DNA of 64,000 bases from Azolla caroliniana. Lineage: Eukaryota; Plantae; Polypodiophyta. The stretch covers positions 19,840,001 to 19,904,000 of the forward strand of contig JBHGNT010000014.1 in assembly GCA_043228905.1 (NCBI GenBank), written 5' to 3'. Shown in pieces: positions 13,731 to 31,490 of the stretch (position 1 is its first letter; the number at the start of each line of letters is the position of its first letter). The position numbers were made by a program, and so were the translations under genes. Under the pieces are notes generated by a model that saw only the letters and a list, made by a program, of their open reading frames with translations, did no database searches and was not told the DNA's origin.

Positions 13731-15619
13731 TTGATGATGTGAGTCAATTTCAACATCCAAACTAAAATTACTTTGTGTAGATAAAGTGATATCGTCAAAT
13801 GAAAGTGTGCACAAATAATGAAGAAGTACACATTGGCACACTGTGCCAAATATGGTTAAAATGTGGAATGCCTTACCAAGAAAAAACCAAGTTGTAAAAA
13901 AACATGTCTATTATTTGTAATAAGATGTCTCATTTGTTTTTAGATAATCATATAGTTGATATGTATTTTAGAAAACACAACTATTTTACATATTCAAGAT
14001 ACATATATTGTGTTGTTTCATCTATCCAACATATTAACAGAACTCTGTGTAAGTGACTCGCTTAACTAGACATACTTTCTAAAGAATGGAGGCCAAGAAG
14101 GTCCAATTAATGAGAGCAATGTTCCGTTTTATAATAAAAAATCACAGGTTTTTGTTCTTGCATCCGCATGTGATGTGAATTTTGGTTTGGGGAGAGTGTG
14201 CATTGATGTAATATTTCTCCTTCCTCCTCTCCTTCTTATAGTTTCGAGCTATTGTATGTTGTAAGAGCTCACTGTAGAGAGCATGGATTCAAATGATTGT
14301 TGAGTCACTTCTCCTCATATGTAGATATTCTTGTTCTCGATTTTATTTCCTTGTGAAGTCTTGACACACTTGTTAGCCTTTGAAGTCCAACTTTAGCTCT
14401 TCTACTACCCCCAAACTTTATTCTATTCTCTTCTTTTTTAGGTTGAAGCTTCCTTAGTTTTGCTTATTTCCAAAGCTTTTTAATGAGCTTCACATACATC
14501 ATGAGGTCACTATAAAGAGACTTAAATTAAGACAAAAGAAATGATAGTAATCATGTAATTAAACCTACCCATCGCAAATTCAATTATGTGATGATTTGCT
14601 CATGATTATTGTGCCTTTCGTTTGGGACCAATTTCTAGACTACCATTTGAACACTCATGCATTGACATTGAAGTAATTAGTCAAAAGTATCAATGAGTAG
14701 GATATCTTTACAATGGCCCCGAGGTAGGCTAAGTGAAAGGGGATAAGAGTGCAAAGAAGGCAATATTAGGGTGAAAAGGGGAATGTGTGTTATTCGTCAC
14801 CTCTTAGCAAATACGTTGGTCAATTACATTCACACAAGACCATAACAAATGGGTTTGATTTGTGCCGATTATAATGGCACTTTTTATTCAAGGTTAGTTG
14901 GCACATGCTCTTAAGGGAATAGCAACAAAGTGCTTGTATTAAGCAAGCATAAGTCAAACTCGCTATGATTTAAAATAGACAAGAGAGATGCCGCTGCAAA
15001 TTTGCAATCACTATTCAAGCAAGTTTACATGATATTATTGTAGTGACATGTGAAATAACAACATAAACATATGATTAAAGTTATAACCAAGCATGTGGAA
15101 ATCATGACAAGTTGTACTTGATGCTCTTGAGATTTTCACATATCTTCATTTGAATGCATGCTAACCGCAATGATATTTATTTCTTGAGTTGAGGCCCGAG
15201 GACAATGTGATACATGATGGGGCTAAAGGATCTACGCTCATGGTGCAAGAGACAACGTGACAATTAATTAGACGACGACGTTCCCTCCTTTAGGAGCGAG
15301 ATGATTAGTAAAGGGCAATAGGATCCAACACCCATTGACATAATTATGTATGGAAATCAATATGAGATCTCAAGTTCAATAATAGTGATGAAGAAGATTC
15401 GGGTGTGCGTACGTACATACATGTAAGGATCGATTTCGTAACACCTTTACGTGGGGCATAAATGATACAAACCAAGGAACAACCATATCGATGGGTTAGC
15501 ATAGCCGAACATGTACATTCACAAACTGGCTGAGCAATAATGGGGTCGAATCACGCAGATGATCCTATATTCGCATTGTGTTACAAACAACTGGGGGAGG
15601 AGAAAGTGGTCACGGAGGC

Positions 15620-16050
15620 CTTAAAAACGGAGTGCACATTACCCTAAACCCTAAACCCTAAACCCAAGCCTAAGAAACATAACACACATTACCCGAAACC
15701 CTAAACTCATGTGTAAGAAACGGAACGGAGCGCACATTACCCTAAACCCTTGCAAAGCGACGCGCAACCAATCCATTCATCCATCAAATCAATCAATCAA
15801 AAAGACCAAGGTATGCTTTTGTTGCACTTTCTTTGATTTTGGTTGGAGTTAGTTTTATCAATCAAATTATCAATCAATCAATCAATCAACAGGAGAGAGG
15901 AAAGGGAAGGAGCCCAGTTTGTGTGTGTTTCTGTTTCTCTCTCTCTCTCTTTCTTTCTCTATGTGTGTGTATGTATGTGGGGCGTGTGAAAGGCCCCTTA
16001 AAAGCCCCCCCCCCCCCCCCCATTCTCTTCCCTTCAAATTCAAACGGCTC
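15620..16050 (+). promoter_or_regulatory. Kinesin-12 promoter with telo-boxes, MSA-core (AACGG) and CHR-like (TTCAAA) motifs
   Basis: AAACCCTA runs at ~15642-15750. AACGG at 15626, 15719, 15724 and 16043. TTCAAATTCAAACGGCT at 16033-16049. These fit known MYB3R/DREAM control of G2/M genes such as phragmoplast kinesins. Confidence 0.55.
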
Positions 16051-16620
16051 TCTGAAGAAGAGAGAGAAAGAAGAGAGAGAAAGAGACATATCTCTCTGCT
16101 CAAGCCTCACGCAGGCATCTCTCTCTCTCTCTCTCTCTCTCTTCCTTCTTCTTCTTCTTCTTCTTCTTCCCTCTTCTTATTTCTTCTTCCCCCCCCCTCT
16201 CCCTCAGTGCCTGTGCCTGTCTATCTCTGTCTTTTTTCTAGGGTTAGGGTTCCCATGCCTGCTGCAGGGCTCCCTTCCTCCTCCTCCTCCTCCTGTTCTT
16301 GACCTCTCGAGAACACAGGTAAGAAGGCACACATCTTCTCCTTCTTCTCCTTCTCCTTCTTCTTTTTCTAATCATCGTTCTCGGCCTCCCAACAGGCAGG
16401 AATTTGGCCACTCTCTTATCTTCTCCGAGAGTTCTCTCGTTCTTCTTCTTCGCCATCGCCATCGCCGTCGCCATCACCGTCATCGCCTTCTTTGCGATCT
16501 GTGTCCGTGTGCTTGTATTGGCCAATCTCCTCCATCCTCTCACCATCGTCAAATTTCTCCTCCTCCCTCAAAAAATCTGAAATCTCCTTCTTTCCTCAGT
16601 CAATCGAGCTCGCATCAACC

Positions 16621-19600
16621 ATGCATCGCCTTCGTTCCCCTCGAGAAGAATCATCTTCTTCCTCACACCGCAGACCCTTCTCTGCAACTTCTTCACCATC
16701 AACAGCTCGATCCAAGTATTCTTTTCCTGTTGTGAATACCCCTGTCTTGAGACGAGCTCGACATAACAGCGAGAATCAACCTCCGGAGAATGCTCTCAAC
16801 ATCAAGGCAAATGCCCATCCTTACTCTGATGCAAATTCTCCTGCCACTCATCTCATGAAGTCTGCTTCTTCCAAAGGGAAGCTTAATCACCATGGAAGCA
16901 TGTCTCTTCCTCCTCGTCCACCACCTCCTCGCCCTTCTCCTTCTGTAAATTCTTATTCCGCGAGGAATGGTCAAGATCACGCGCAGGGAAATGTGAAGAG
17001 AAAGCTTAACCTCGAGATCCCTTCAGTCTCAGCAGAATCTAACGTTACTTGCGTTCTGTCTTCTTCTGATCATGACTCAGGAGTCAAGGTAAATATTGTT
17101 GCAGATACATGGAAAGATTGATATCTCAACAGATATTCTCATCGCCTAAGTTTAGGACCATTGGTTTGAATTTTGGTGCATCAAAATCATTATTCACGTT
17201 GCACTCTTGTTTAATGTCCTCTGCTTATTGTGACCTTTTGATTGCATGGTTTTTAGTCCTCGGTGCTCTATATTCGGCGTCGTTACATTACCATGAAATT
17301 TAAATTGTATGCTTTAAAGTTAATAAATTCGGGATTCACGAGAAAAAATTGTTTCTTTACGTTCTCAGGACATCTTCATTCTTACCTTATGAATCTTATT
17401 CGGCAGTTATTTTGAAAATTCTTAGAGAATTGTAATATTCGCACTGCATTCATGTGCTCCAGAATTTCTCCGTTTGTTTGAAATTTAGTTTATTTTTGAT
17501 GCGTTTAACCTATCGTGATGTTGATGGTTGCATGCCTTTTCAGGTCTGTGGACCGATTCTTTAAAACATAAAAACTTCTGATAGATGAGTTTCGGTCCAT
17601 AAAATTCTATATTCACGTTGAAGTTTCTTTTGGTTCAGGTCATTGTGAGGGTGCGTCCATGTAATAATAAAGAAAAACTAGAAGAAGCCACAGAAATTGT
17701 GGAAAAGATTTCCGAGAATTCTTTATGTGTAGCTGATCAGCAGTTTACATTTGACCACGTAGCTACAGTGGAATCTTCTCAGGCAAGTTTCTGAAGGAAA
17801 GAAACACGATTGTACGTACCACTCTAGGAGATAAACAAAATTACATCTATCTGACACATTTGTTTTCATTACAGCAATCAATGTTTGAATTGGTTGGCCA
17901 ACCACTCGTTGAGAATTGTCTTCAGGGATTCAACAGCTCGATTTTTGCCTATGGCCAGGTATGTCAATGCTTTCTTGTTCGTTTCTCATCACATATTGTC
18001 AAAAAATTTAAACCATAATCGGATTTGTCACCGATCAGACGGGAAGTGGGAAAACCTACACAATGTGGGGATCAACACAAGACCTTTTGGCTCAGTCTCC
18101 TTGCAATGAGAGAGGGTTGACTCCGCGCGTTTTTGAGCGACTATTCGAACGCATTAAGGAGGTGCATACATTCTCCTTGTTTTGTTTTGACCACGCCAAT
18201 TTCTGTCTGCTCATTTTGAAAAAACTATTGTCATTTTATTTACAGGAGGAACAGAAAAACACTGATAAACAACTTCATTATCAATGTCGATGTTCTTTCC
18301 TTGAGGTGTAGTATTTCTCTGGTTAACTTAGTAGCTTCATAGTGTCAGTTACAATGTACTGAGGCGAAATTGGTTACGTTATACGGCAGATCTATAATGA
18401 GCAGATTACGGATTTGTTAGAGCCACTCCAGAAAAATCTACAGGTAATGATGATATAGGTTTAAATTTGCTTAGATTGACCGATGCATGTTTTTTATGGT
18501 TGCGAAAATCACTTTACAGGTTAGAGAGGATACTAAGGCAGGTGTTTATGTGGAAAACCTTAGAGAGGAGTTTGTTGCAAATGTTCATGATGTATTCCGC
18601 CTCATGTTGAAGGTATGTCGTTTATTGTCACAATGCATAATGTTTATAGAGTACAGTGGGATCAATGAATATCTCATACGATGAAATGCAATATCTAGGG
18701 TTTGAGTAATCGTAGGGTTGCATCAACAAGTATGAATCTTGAAAGCTCCAGATCACATACACTATTCATGTGTGTGATTGAGTCACGGTGCAAGGTAAGC
18801 CAAATAATATATCTTGACTCATGTTTCTGAAGCATTAAGCTTGATTAGCTTTTACCATCATTCATTTGTGGTTTCTGAAGCATCGGCATATTTTGCTTTG
18901 ATTTTATTACCAGAGCATGGCAGATGGTGTGAGCAGCATAAGGACTAGCCGAATGAATCTTGTTGATTTGGCCGGTTCAGAGAGACAGAAGCTCACTGGT
19001 GCAGCTGGAGAGCGCCTGAAAGAGGCAGGAAACATTAATCGCTCTCTGTCTCAGCTTGGGTAGGAATTTATTACAGTTAAAGTTATCTCTCTCAATATTA
19101 AATTCTGCTAATAAGTGAACACTCTCTGTCTCAGCTTGGGTAGGAATTTATTACAGTTAAAGTTATCTCTCTCAATATTAAATTCTGCTAATAAGTGAAC
19201 ACTGAATCTCACAAATTTTCTGCAGAAATCTGATAAACATACTAGCAGAGGTCTCACAAACTGGAAGACCAAGGCATATTCCTTACCGAGATTCCAGGCT
19301 TACATTTCTTATGCAAGAATCACTTGGTGGTAATGCCAAATTGGCTATGATTTGTGCTATTTCACCTGCTAGCAGGTAGTGAGCTTCAATCAAGAAATTT
19401 CCTCTCTTATGGTCATGCATCTCTCAAAACCTGTAGGCTGAATGATATCTTCTTCTTCTTCCATTCTAGCTGTAAAAGTGAGACCTTGAGCACATTGAGA
19501 TTTGCCCAAAGAGCTAAGTCCATACAGAACAAAGCAGTAATTAATGAGGAGACGGAGAATGATGTTAAGCTTCTTCGGGAACAAATTCGCCAGCTAAAGG

Positions 19601-22600
19601 TTCATTATACAATCAATTATTTGAGCTATCTTTTTGTGACAGTTTTATGTTCTCAATGCATTGCATTATATGTGCAGACTGAGCTAATGAGAATGAAGAC
19701 AAATGAAAGTCCATCTGAAGCTGCCAGTAGCTACTCTACTTGCTGGAATGCTCGTCGAAGCTACAACCTTTTAAGAATGAGCCTTAGCCGCCCATTGACG
19801 TTGCCTCATTGTGACACAGACACGGATGAAGAGATGGAGATAGATGAAGATGCAGTAGAACACATAGATGCGCCCGAACACATGCCAATTTCCAGTGTGA
19901 ACGGTAGTTTGTCTAAAGAAGATCTTCAAGTGCTCTCACCTATTTTAAGCGTTTCATCAATTTCCAATTCAAGTATCTCATCGCCTAAAGGTCTTCAGGT
20001 GCTCTCACCTGTTTTAAGTGTTTCAACAATTCCTGATTTGACTCCATCTCCACCAAAGGATGGTATTGAAATGTCTGCTTTAAGCAGTATTTCCCTGGTA
20101 AAGGAACGTCTTGAAGCACCCATTTTGAGTCTTTCTCCAAGGCTCCAGCAAGTTACTAGGAAAAGCTTTGGTGTTGCAAGTATATTACAAGAGAGTTCAG
20201 ACATTTGCCAACATGAAGATACACACAGTCTTGAAGAGTCAAATTGCTCTTTGAACCATAATGATACCAAGGAATGCTCTCTTGAAAATGAATCATTGTC
20301 TGTTGTTGAAGAAGAACCAAGCTGTTGTTTGGATTCTCCACAAGGTGCATCAGAACTCAATCAGACACTGAGAGAGTCTTTGACATTCATACGGTCGTCT
20401 TTGCAATTCAGCAAGAAGTTATCCTGTAATACAGATACATTAGCTGAAAGCTTAAACCATGGAATGCAGATAATCCAAAATAATAAAAAGAAAACATGTA
20501 GCAGAGCCCATGCTTCAATGGCACAGTTCTCATTCCAAAAGTCCATGTGGGATAGGAAAATTACCAGCAAAAGCCTCCAAATTTCTGCTCAAAACAAAGT
20601 AACCATGTCTCTGAAGGGTAGTGCTCGTTTAGGATTGATCAATGAGATGGGCTCACCTCAAATGGTCACAGAGTCCCAGTCACCACATATGAATCAGGTA
20701 ATATTTCCATCCAAGTTACATTTGAAGAAAAAATTGTGCGAGATTTATTGCTAATCACATAATTCTTTATCCAGACCCTAACTTTTAGTTCACCTGAGAT
20801 ATCAAGCTCACCTGCACTACCCAAGGTTTCTCGATCACAACTTTTGACTGAGGAAGATACCTGTCAAATAGATTTGGAGTTTCTTTCGGATCAGGTTAAT
20901 GATTTTGTTTCTATTTCAGAGCAAAAAATGGCTGTAGATAACATACATTTACTGATATTAATCTGTTTTATGGTTGGCTGCAGCTATTTCATAAGAAACC
21001 AGAAATTTCTCCTGTTTACTCTCATGAGGAGCTTGAAATGAAGGTTCCTGAATCTATGGACTACAATTTGCATTCGGTTGAGGTAGAATCCTTATCTTTT
21101 GATGAAATTCTGATCTTAACTTTTCTAGTGATGGTATGCTTAAAATCTTACATATCTCCCCTCGAGAAACAAAAAACACATATAAAGGAATGTTCGTGCT
21201 GTTGATTGTGAGGTTATATAAATTCAAGAAAACAGTGAGCTTTCTTGATACAGGCTGTCACAGTAGCAGTGCAAACTTCGCCTATCTTCTTTCCTGAGAG
21301 CCCAAGAATGTTTAATCCTGTCTCAGAACACATGAAGGAGCCAGTGGTCAAGGTAAATTCTCTTCTTTACATTCCACATATTTTTATTATCTTATTTCAT
21401 GTCATTCTCCTGTATGTATATGTAATTCTGAATGATTTTACTCATTTTTACCATGATGTTAGAATGTGGAAGAAGCTGCTACACAAACCTCTTTGCTCTG
21501 GTCTTCACAGGAGATAAAAATATCTACCAATCAGGACCAGGTAACATTGTCTTTCTTAAATGATTTCATACAAGGGAAAAATCTACCCCATTCGATTTGA
21601 GGGCATATTTAAAGAAATGATGCTTAAAACAGAACACACAAACAATCCTGGAATCAGCTTTGCGTAGAGAGGGAGCCATGGAAGAAACTCTAAATAGGAA
21701 AAATGCTGAAATTGAGCAGCTAAACAATTTGGTATGTACTATTGTTACATTATGCATGGAAATAAACATCTCTATGTTGATCTGCAAGAGACCCCTGTTT
21801 TATAACCTGTTATTTTGGTTCAGTTGCATCAGTACAAGCAGGAAAGAGAATGCAATGCTGTTTTACAACGAAGTAGCGAAGAGAAAATTGCAAGGCTTGA
21901 GAAACTCATGGATGGAACCATTCCGGTTGATGTCTTCTTGAGTGAAGAGTGGTCTTCTCTGATAAATGAACGCAAGGTGAGAGACTGGTAAAATAATCAT
22001 CTGATTCAAAGTATTATCCACAATTATATTATATCCTGAAGTGACTTCTGGTCTGTGTCAGATTTTGCAAGAAAAATATGACAATCATCCTGAAGTAACA
22101 TTGGCTAACATCAAGCAACAACGCCTCACTGAAGAACTTGAACAATATAAGAGCTTTTGTGACCAAGGGGAGAGAGAGAACTTGATAAGTGAAATCTCTC
22201 AACTCCGCAATCTACTACAGTCTTATGTTTTGGATACTTCGACATCTGCAAAACAAAGTAGAACTGTACAATCCAGGTCGACTGTTGGAGGATATAGTGA
22301 TGAAGGTTCACCTTTATATGAGGATACAAGGAATTCCACAGACAAGCGCTCATCTGTAGTAGTAAGTAGAGGATCTTGCAAGGCATGCGAAGAGTCAAAA
22401 CAACAATGGATGGAGAGAGAGGAGGAATGGATGTCCTTGATTGAAGAACTGCGGTCTGAAGTTCAAGAATACAAGCAACAGACGAAGAGAAGGAAATATG
22501 AATTAGAAGGTCAACAACGATGTGCTGATGAATTGAAGGAAACTCTTCAAATAGCTATGGAAGGGCATGCTAGATTGCTGGATCAATATGCAGAACTACA

Positions 22601-23543
22601 AGAGAAGCACATTTCTTTGCTTGCAAAGCACAGGAAAGTGAGAGATGCCATGTCAGAAGCAAGAAAGAAGGCTGGAAAGATGCAAGGGTTCCTCGGGTCT
22701 AAGTGGTTTGAAGCACAGGCTGCAGAATTATCAGCCATGAAACTTGAGCACGAGGAAGAGAAAAGAGCTGCACAAGAGCAAATAGAGAATTTGCAGTCTC
22801 AGGTACGAGACACTGCTGATGCAGTCCAAGCTGCGGGCGAGCTTCTGGTTAGACTGAAGGAGGCAGAAGAAGCTGCATTGATTGCACAGGTAAAAAACAA
22901 ATAAGTAGCCTTATGCCAAATTAGTCTTTTATTGCTGGTATTTATACAGCATTTTGCTGAGATTGGCCATTATGGTAACTCGGTTAGTAACATTTACTGG
23001 AATTTAAAAATAATATGGATCTGATACTACCACTATTTATTGAGATGCTGGTCTATTATGATTGTTCCTGCATAGTTGATTGCTATCGACCATTTACTTT
23101 AGGGTTAATGAACTTTGCATTATGTAATGCGCTATATTATTATTACGAATCATATGCCACACTATTGAGGTTGGCCATGGCTGCCTTTGACTTACGGTGG
23201 ATGAACTTTTCTGCAGGATGCTGCAGCCCTTGCTGCAGATGATGTTGAGAAGCTTTACCGAGAGATGGACAAATTGAAACGAAGACACAAAACGGAAATT
23301 GCCACCATGCATCAGAGGCTATTAGAGGCGAGATTTCAGAAGTCCAAACTTTGCCCCATGTGTGTAATGGCAGAACGAGTGAAATTTGAGTTCCCAGGGG
23401 CTGAGGAGGAAGAAGAGGCATTAGCTCGCTCCATTGCTGAGGATCACCTGAATAACCAGGGTGAGGAAGAAGATAATTATTGCGATGATGAAGATGAAGA
23501 TGACCATCGTGACCTCTATGGTGAACATCTATGCGCTACCTAA
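16621..23543 (+). CDS. KIN12: Kinesin-12 (PAKRP1/KIN12A-B-like phragmoplast-associated kinesin), multi-exon
   Basis: Spliced motor motifs DSGVK|[30 protein letters not shown]|[24 protein letters not shown]|[56 protein letters not shown] and [13 protein letters not shown]. Tail [19 protein letters not shown]...[25 protein letters not shown] is typical of KIN12A/B. Stop at 23541-23543. Confidence 0.95.
19042..19203. repeat. Exact 80-bp tandem duplication spanning a kinesin exon end and its 5' splice site
   Basis: CTCTCTGTCTCAGCTTGGGTAGGAATTTATTACAG...AAGTGAACA at 19042 and 19122, identical. Confidence 0.95.
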
Positions 23544-24005
23544 AGACACGGATAATATCTATCAATCCTCTTCTATATATAGATACATATATATATATGT
23601 GTACAACGAGACATCGCTATGCACTGCCTTTCTCACATAGAGATGGTAATGTATATCTAGAGGGGGACCCTGGCTTGCGTTTCATCAAAATGTTGCTTTG
23701 GTTCCAGTTATCAGTCTTATTTTATCCATCCAGCTACTAATCAAAGGCATATCTTCTCCTATAATATGGCTGTTTGAGAAAACATTCTTTGCTTGAGAAA
23801 TGACAATAAACTGATGCGGCAAATAACGTCGCAATGATTGGAACCTTTAATAAAAATGAAGAACCTTTGATTGTGTGCTTGTTGCTGCAAACGATCTCTA
23901 CTACAAAGCAAAGCTTTGCTATTTTCATTTAGTAACGGGAATTCTCTTTGATGGCAAGCATTCACTGAACGAGTTCAATTTGGACATTCAGAGTATTTTC
24001 TCCTG

Positions 24006-24165
24006 AATGGCAAGGAATTCACCGATGGAGTTTTGTGTGCATCAGTAGTGTATGGCTTCTGCTTAGCAATATGTGCGCATCCTTAATGGCAAGGAATTCA
24101 TCAGAGGAGTTTGATGTATGTCTGTAGTGTATATTATGGCTTTTGCTCAGCAATATGTGCAAATG
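24006..24165. repeat. Degenerate ~80-bp tandem duplication between the convergent kinesin and ABCC 3' ends
   Basis: AATGGCAAGGAATTCA...TATGGCTT.TGCT.AGCAATATGTGC at 24006 and 24086. Confidence 0.75.
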
Positions 24166-24391
24166 GGAATTATTGTTTTGAGTAAATATCATGACAGTAG
24201 CCAACAACGTATAGAAGGGGCAGTACCAAAACTTAATACCAATTGCTCATATTTTCTTATTCATTGTAGTCTATATTCTATATCAAATACATTTCGGTAG
24301 TACTTTGCTAGTTTTGTGTACTTTTGATTCATGTTGAGGTACTGCATTTTAGCATTGTTCATATCACATGGAAAATTTATATAAGCCTAAC

Positions 24392-29335
<4,944 letters not shown>

Positions 29336-29506
29336 AGCTTATAAAGCAAAGGCAAGCTTAACACACACACACACACACTCTCTCACCCTAAAGCCCTAAA
29401 CTTAAAGCCCTAAATCCTCCGTAATTTATGTGGCCATAGCTAGGGCAATGGCAAGCTCTCTCTCACAGTGAACCCTAAACCCTAAACCACAAACCCTAAA
29501 AACTTC

Positions 29507-29549
<43 letters not shown>

Positions 29550-29915
29550 CACTCTTTCTCTCCAATTAATAGTGTTCTTTGGTTGAAAGCTTGAGCATAT
29601 AATGTCGACATTATGGATAGATAGCAGCAAAAACTGTAGATGCTCAAGCATTACTCATCATCAATATTATCAACGCACAGTAACCATTGACACAAATTAC
29701 AGTACCACTTTACCAAGCACACACTCTGACATGACAGAGAGACCACATGTTGGTCTGTCGTCATCATCCTACTCCCCAACCACCCACGGAAACTGCAAAG
29801 AAAAGAAAAGAAAAGAAAAGACAAAAAAAGAGATACCTGTGGGCTGTCCTGCGTGGTTCCGTACGTACGGTCATTTTTCGAGAAAATCACCACTCCAGAC
29901 CCTTGACAATAACTC

Positions 29916-29963
29916 TTGACCTTTGACCCTTGACCCTTGACCCTTGACCCTTGACCCTTGACC
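29916..29963. promoter_or_regulatory. Tandem array of 7 W-box cores (TTGACC, 7-bp period) upstream of the ABCC gene
   Basis: TTGACC at 29916, 29923, 29930, 29937, 29944, 29951 and 29958. The repeat is certain; WRKY binding is inferred. Confidence 0.55.
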
Positions 29964-31387
29964 AATACAGTAAGTAATCATCAAATTGAGGGGAGCTGCG
30001 CGAGGCTTGTCTATGCTATAAGTAATCTGTAGGCTGTAGCTATAAACCGCACCGAACCCGTTAAGCCATGGTTTAACGGTTTCTGGGTTCCAATATAAGT
30101 AATCATCGAATCGAGGGGAGCTGTGCGCAACTCGCCCATGCTAACTAAGTAATCTACTAATCTTGGATGGGGTGCTACTAGTGGATGTAATCTCAATGTC
30201 AATGTTTTCATTCGCGCCGGTGACTAGCGTTTCAGAGGAGAGTCGTGTGTGCACCGCCAAGATTAATGTCCATTTTGTAATGGTGCATACCATTTTACTT
30301 TAATGTGTTGTATACATGAATATATATTAGTCACCGTGATAGAGTAGACATGTGAACGCCCATAGTTCTATTGAGGGGTATGAGTACGAGAGACAACTTG
30401 GGTTCGACTGTCTTCTTTTTAAGAAGTACGTGATATGCTTGGAATATAACATAAAACTATTCGAATGAATTCATGCTTACTTTTCTTTGACTAAAAAAGT
30501 CAATTCGAAAGTAACTGTTCCTACTAGCCATTTTTCCCCTTTTTGTTTTTTTTTACAATGCGTAGTTTTTTTTTACCAAAAATATTCCAAATGTCTTTTT
30601 TTTCTCTTACTTATGTGGAAATATACAGAGCTAAATACCTTCATTGTAGATTGAAAACACCACTATAGCTCTTTGCTCACAAAGAGGACCAATTCAAGAC
30701 ATTAGGTCTCAATGCACAAGCCCAAAGTCTATTTTTGCATGTTACTATGATTAATGTATTGATGCTCGATTAGAATATAAATAAGATGAGTAAAGTTTTT
30801 TCTTTGAGAAACAATGAATTTGATGTTGAATTCCTTATAAAAGATCTTAAATATCTTTTAGTTTGCGATCAATCACGCATTACGTAAGGACAATGTGAAA
30901 GCATTCTATTTCAACAAAACATAAATATTTTGGTCAGACTCCACAATTTATTTTTTATAGATTCACGAATGCTTCCATTTTAAAATCTAAATTTCAATTG
31001 TGTAAAGATGATGGTGTATTGGTAGATGTTGTATATTGAAACTCAGCACATGGGAGGGATGACCTAGAGGAGCACATTTGGCCACACATGACATTGAAAG
31101 AGGGAGGAAAAGTATGAAAAAGTAACAAGTAATGTCAAAGATGCATGAGCAGAAGCAATAGAGGCATTTTGAGCATTGATAATGCCATATGAGCAAATAC
31201 TAGAGGCTCGGGGGTGTCAAAAGAATAGAGCTTAGAGACCCTATGTAAAGGCAACCAAATACGAAGAGATAAAAGGGAATACAAGAGAGAGGCCTTGGTT
31301 TACACAATCGCCTTCCACTAGGTTAGATGAAAGTTTAGACGCTTCCCTTTGTAATAAACAAGTTTAGACTAATATGATAGAGCTACA

Positions 31388-31490
31388 GTTCCTTCGGGGA
31401 CATCTTATAAAATTGGAATGATATAGAGAAGATTAGCATGGTCCCTGTGCAAGGATGACACGCACAAATCAAGAATTGGTCCAAATTTTT
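31388..31490 (+). pseudogene. U6: Full-length U6 snRNA retrocopy (pseudogene)
   Basis: GTTCCTTCGGGGACATC..ATAAAATTGGAA.GATA.AGAGAAGATTAGCATGG.CCCTG.GCAAGGATGACACGCACAAATC.AGAA.TGGTCCAAATTTTT matches plant U6 end to end with about 9 changes, mostly C>T/G>A. The invariant ACAGAGA box reads ATAGAGA. No convincing USE upstream. Confidence 0.92.

Noticed and set aside
15642-15750. Telomere or chromosome-fusion scar
   Set aside because: Only 2-4 units, and similar short runs occur at other gene 5' ends (29386-29500, 55491-55510), consistent with telo-boxes.
15833-16735. 300-aa ORF and overlapping ORFs upstream of the kinesin
   Set aside because: Products of CT/CTT microsatellite-rich promoter and 5' UTR sequence, in a different frame from the kinesin, with no domain.
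29338-29386. 5' UTR intron before the ABCC ATG
   Set aside because: GT...AG borders are present, but 49 nt is shorter than typical plant introns.
31388-31490. Functional U6 snRNA gene
   Set aside because: The ACAGAGA box is mutated, there is deamination-type decay, no clear USE, and it lies inside a TSD-bounded retro-insertion.
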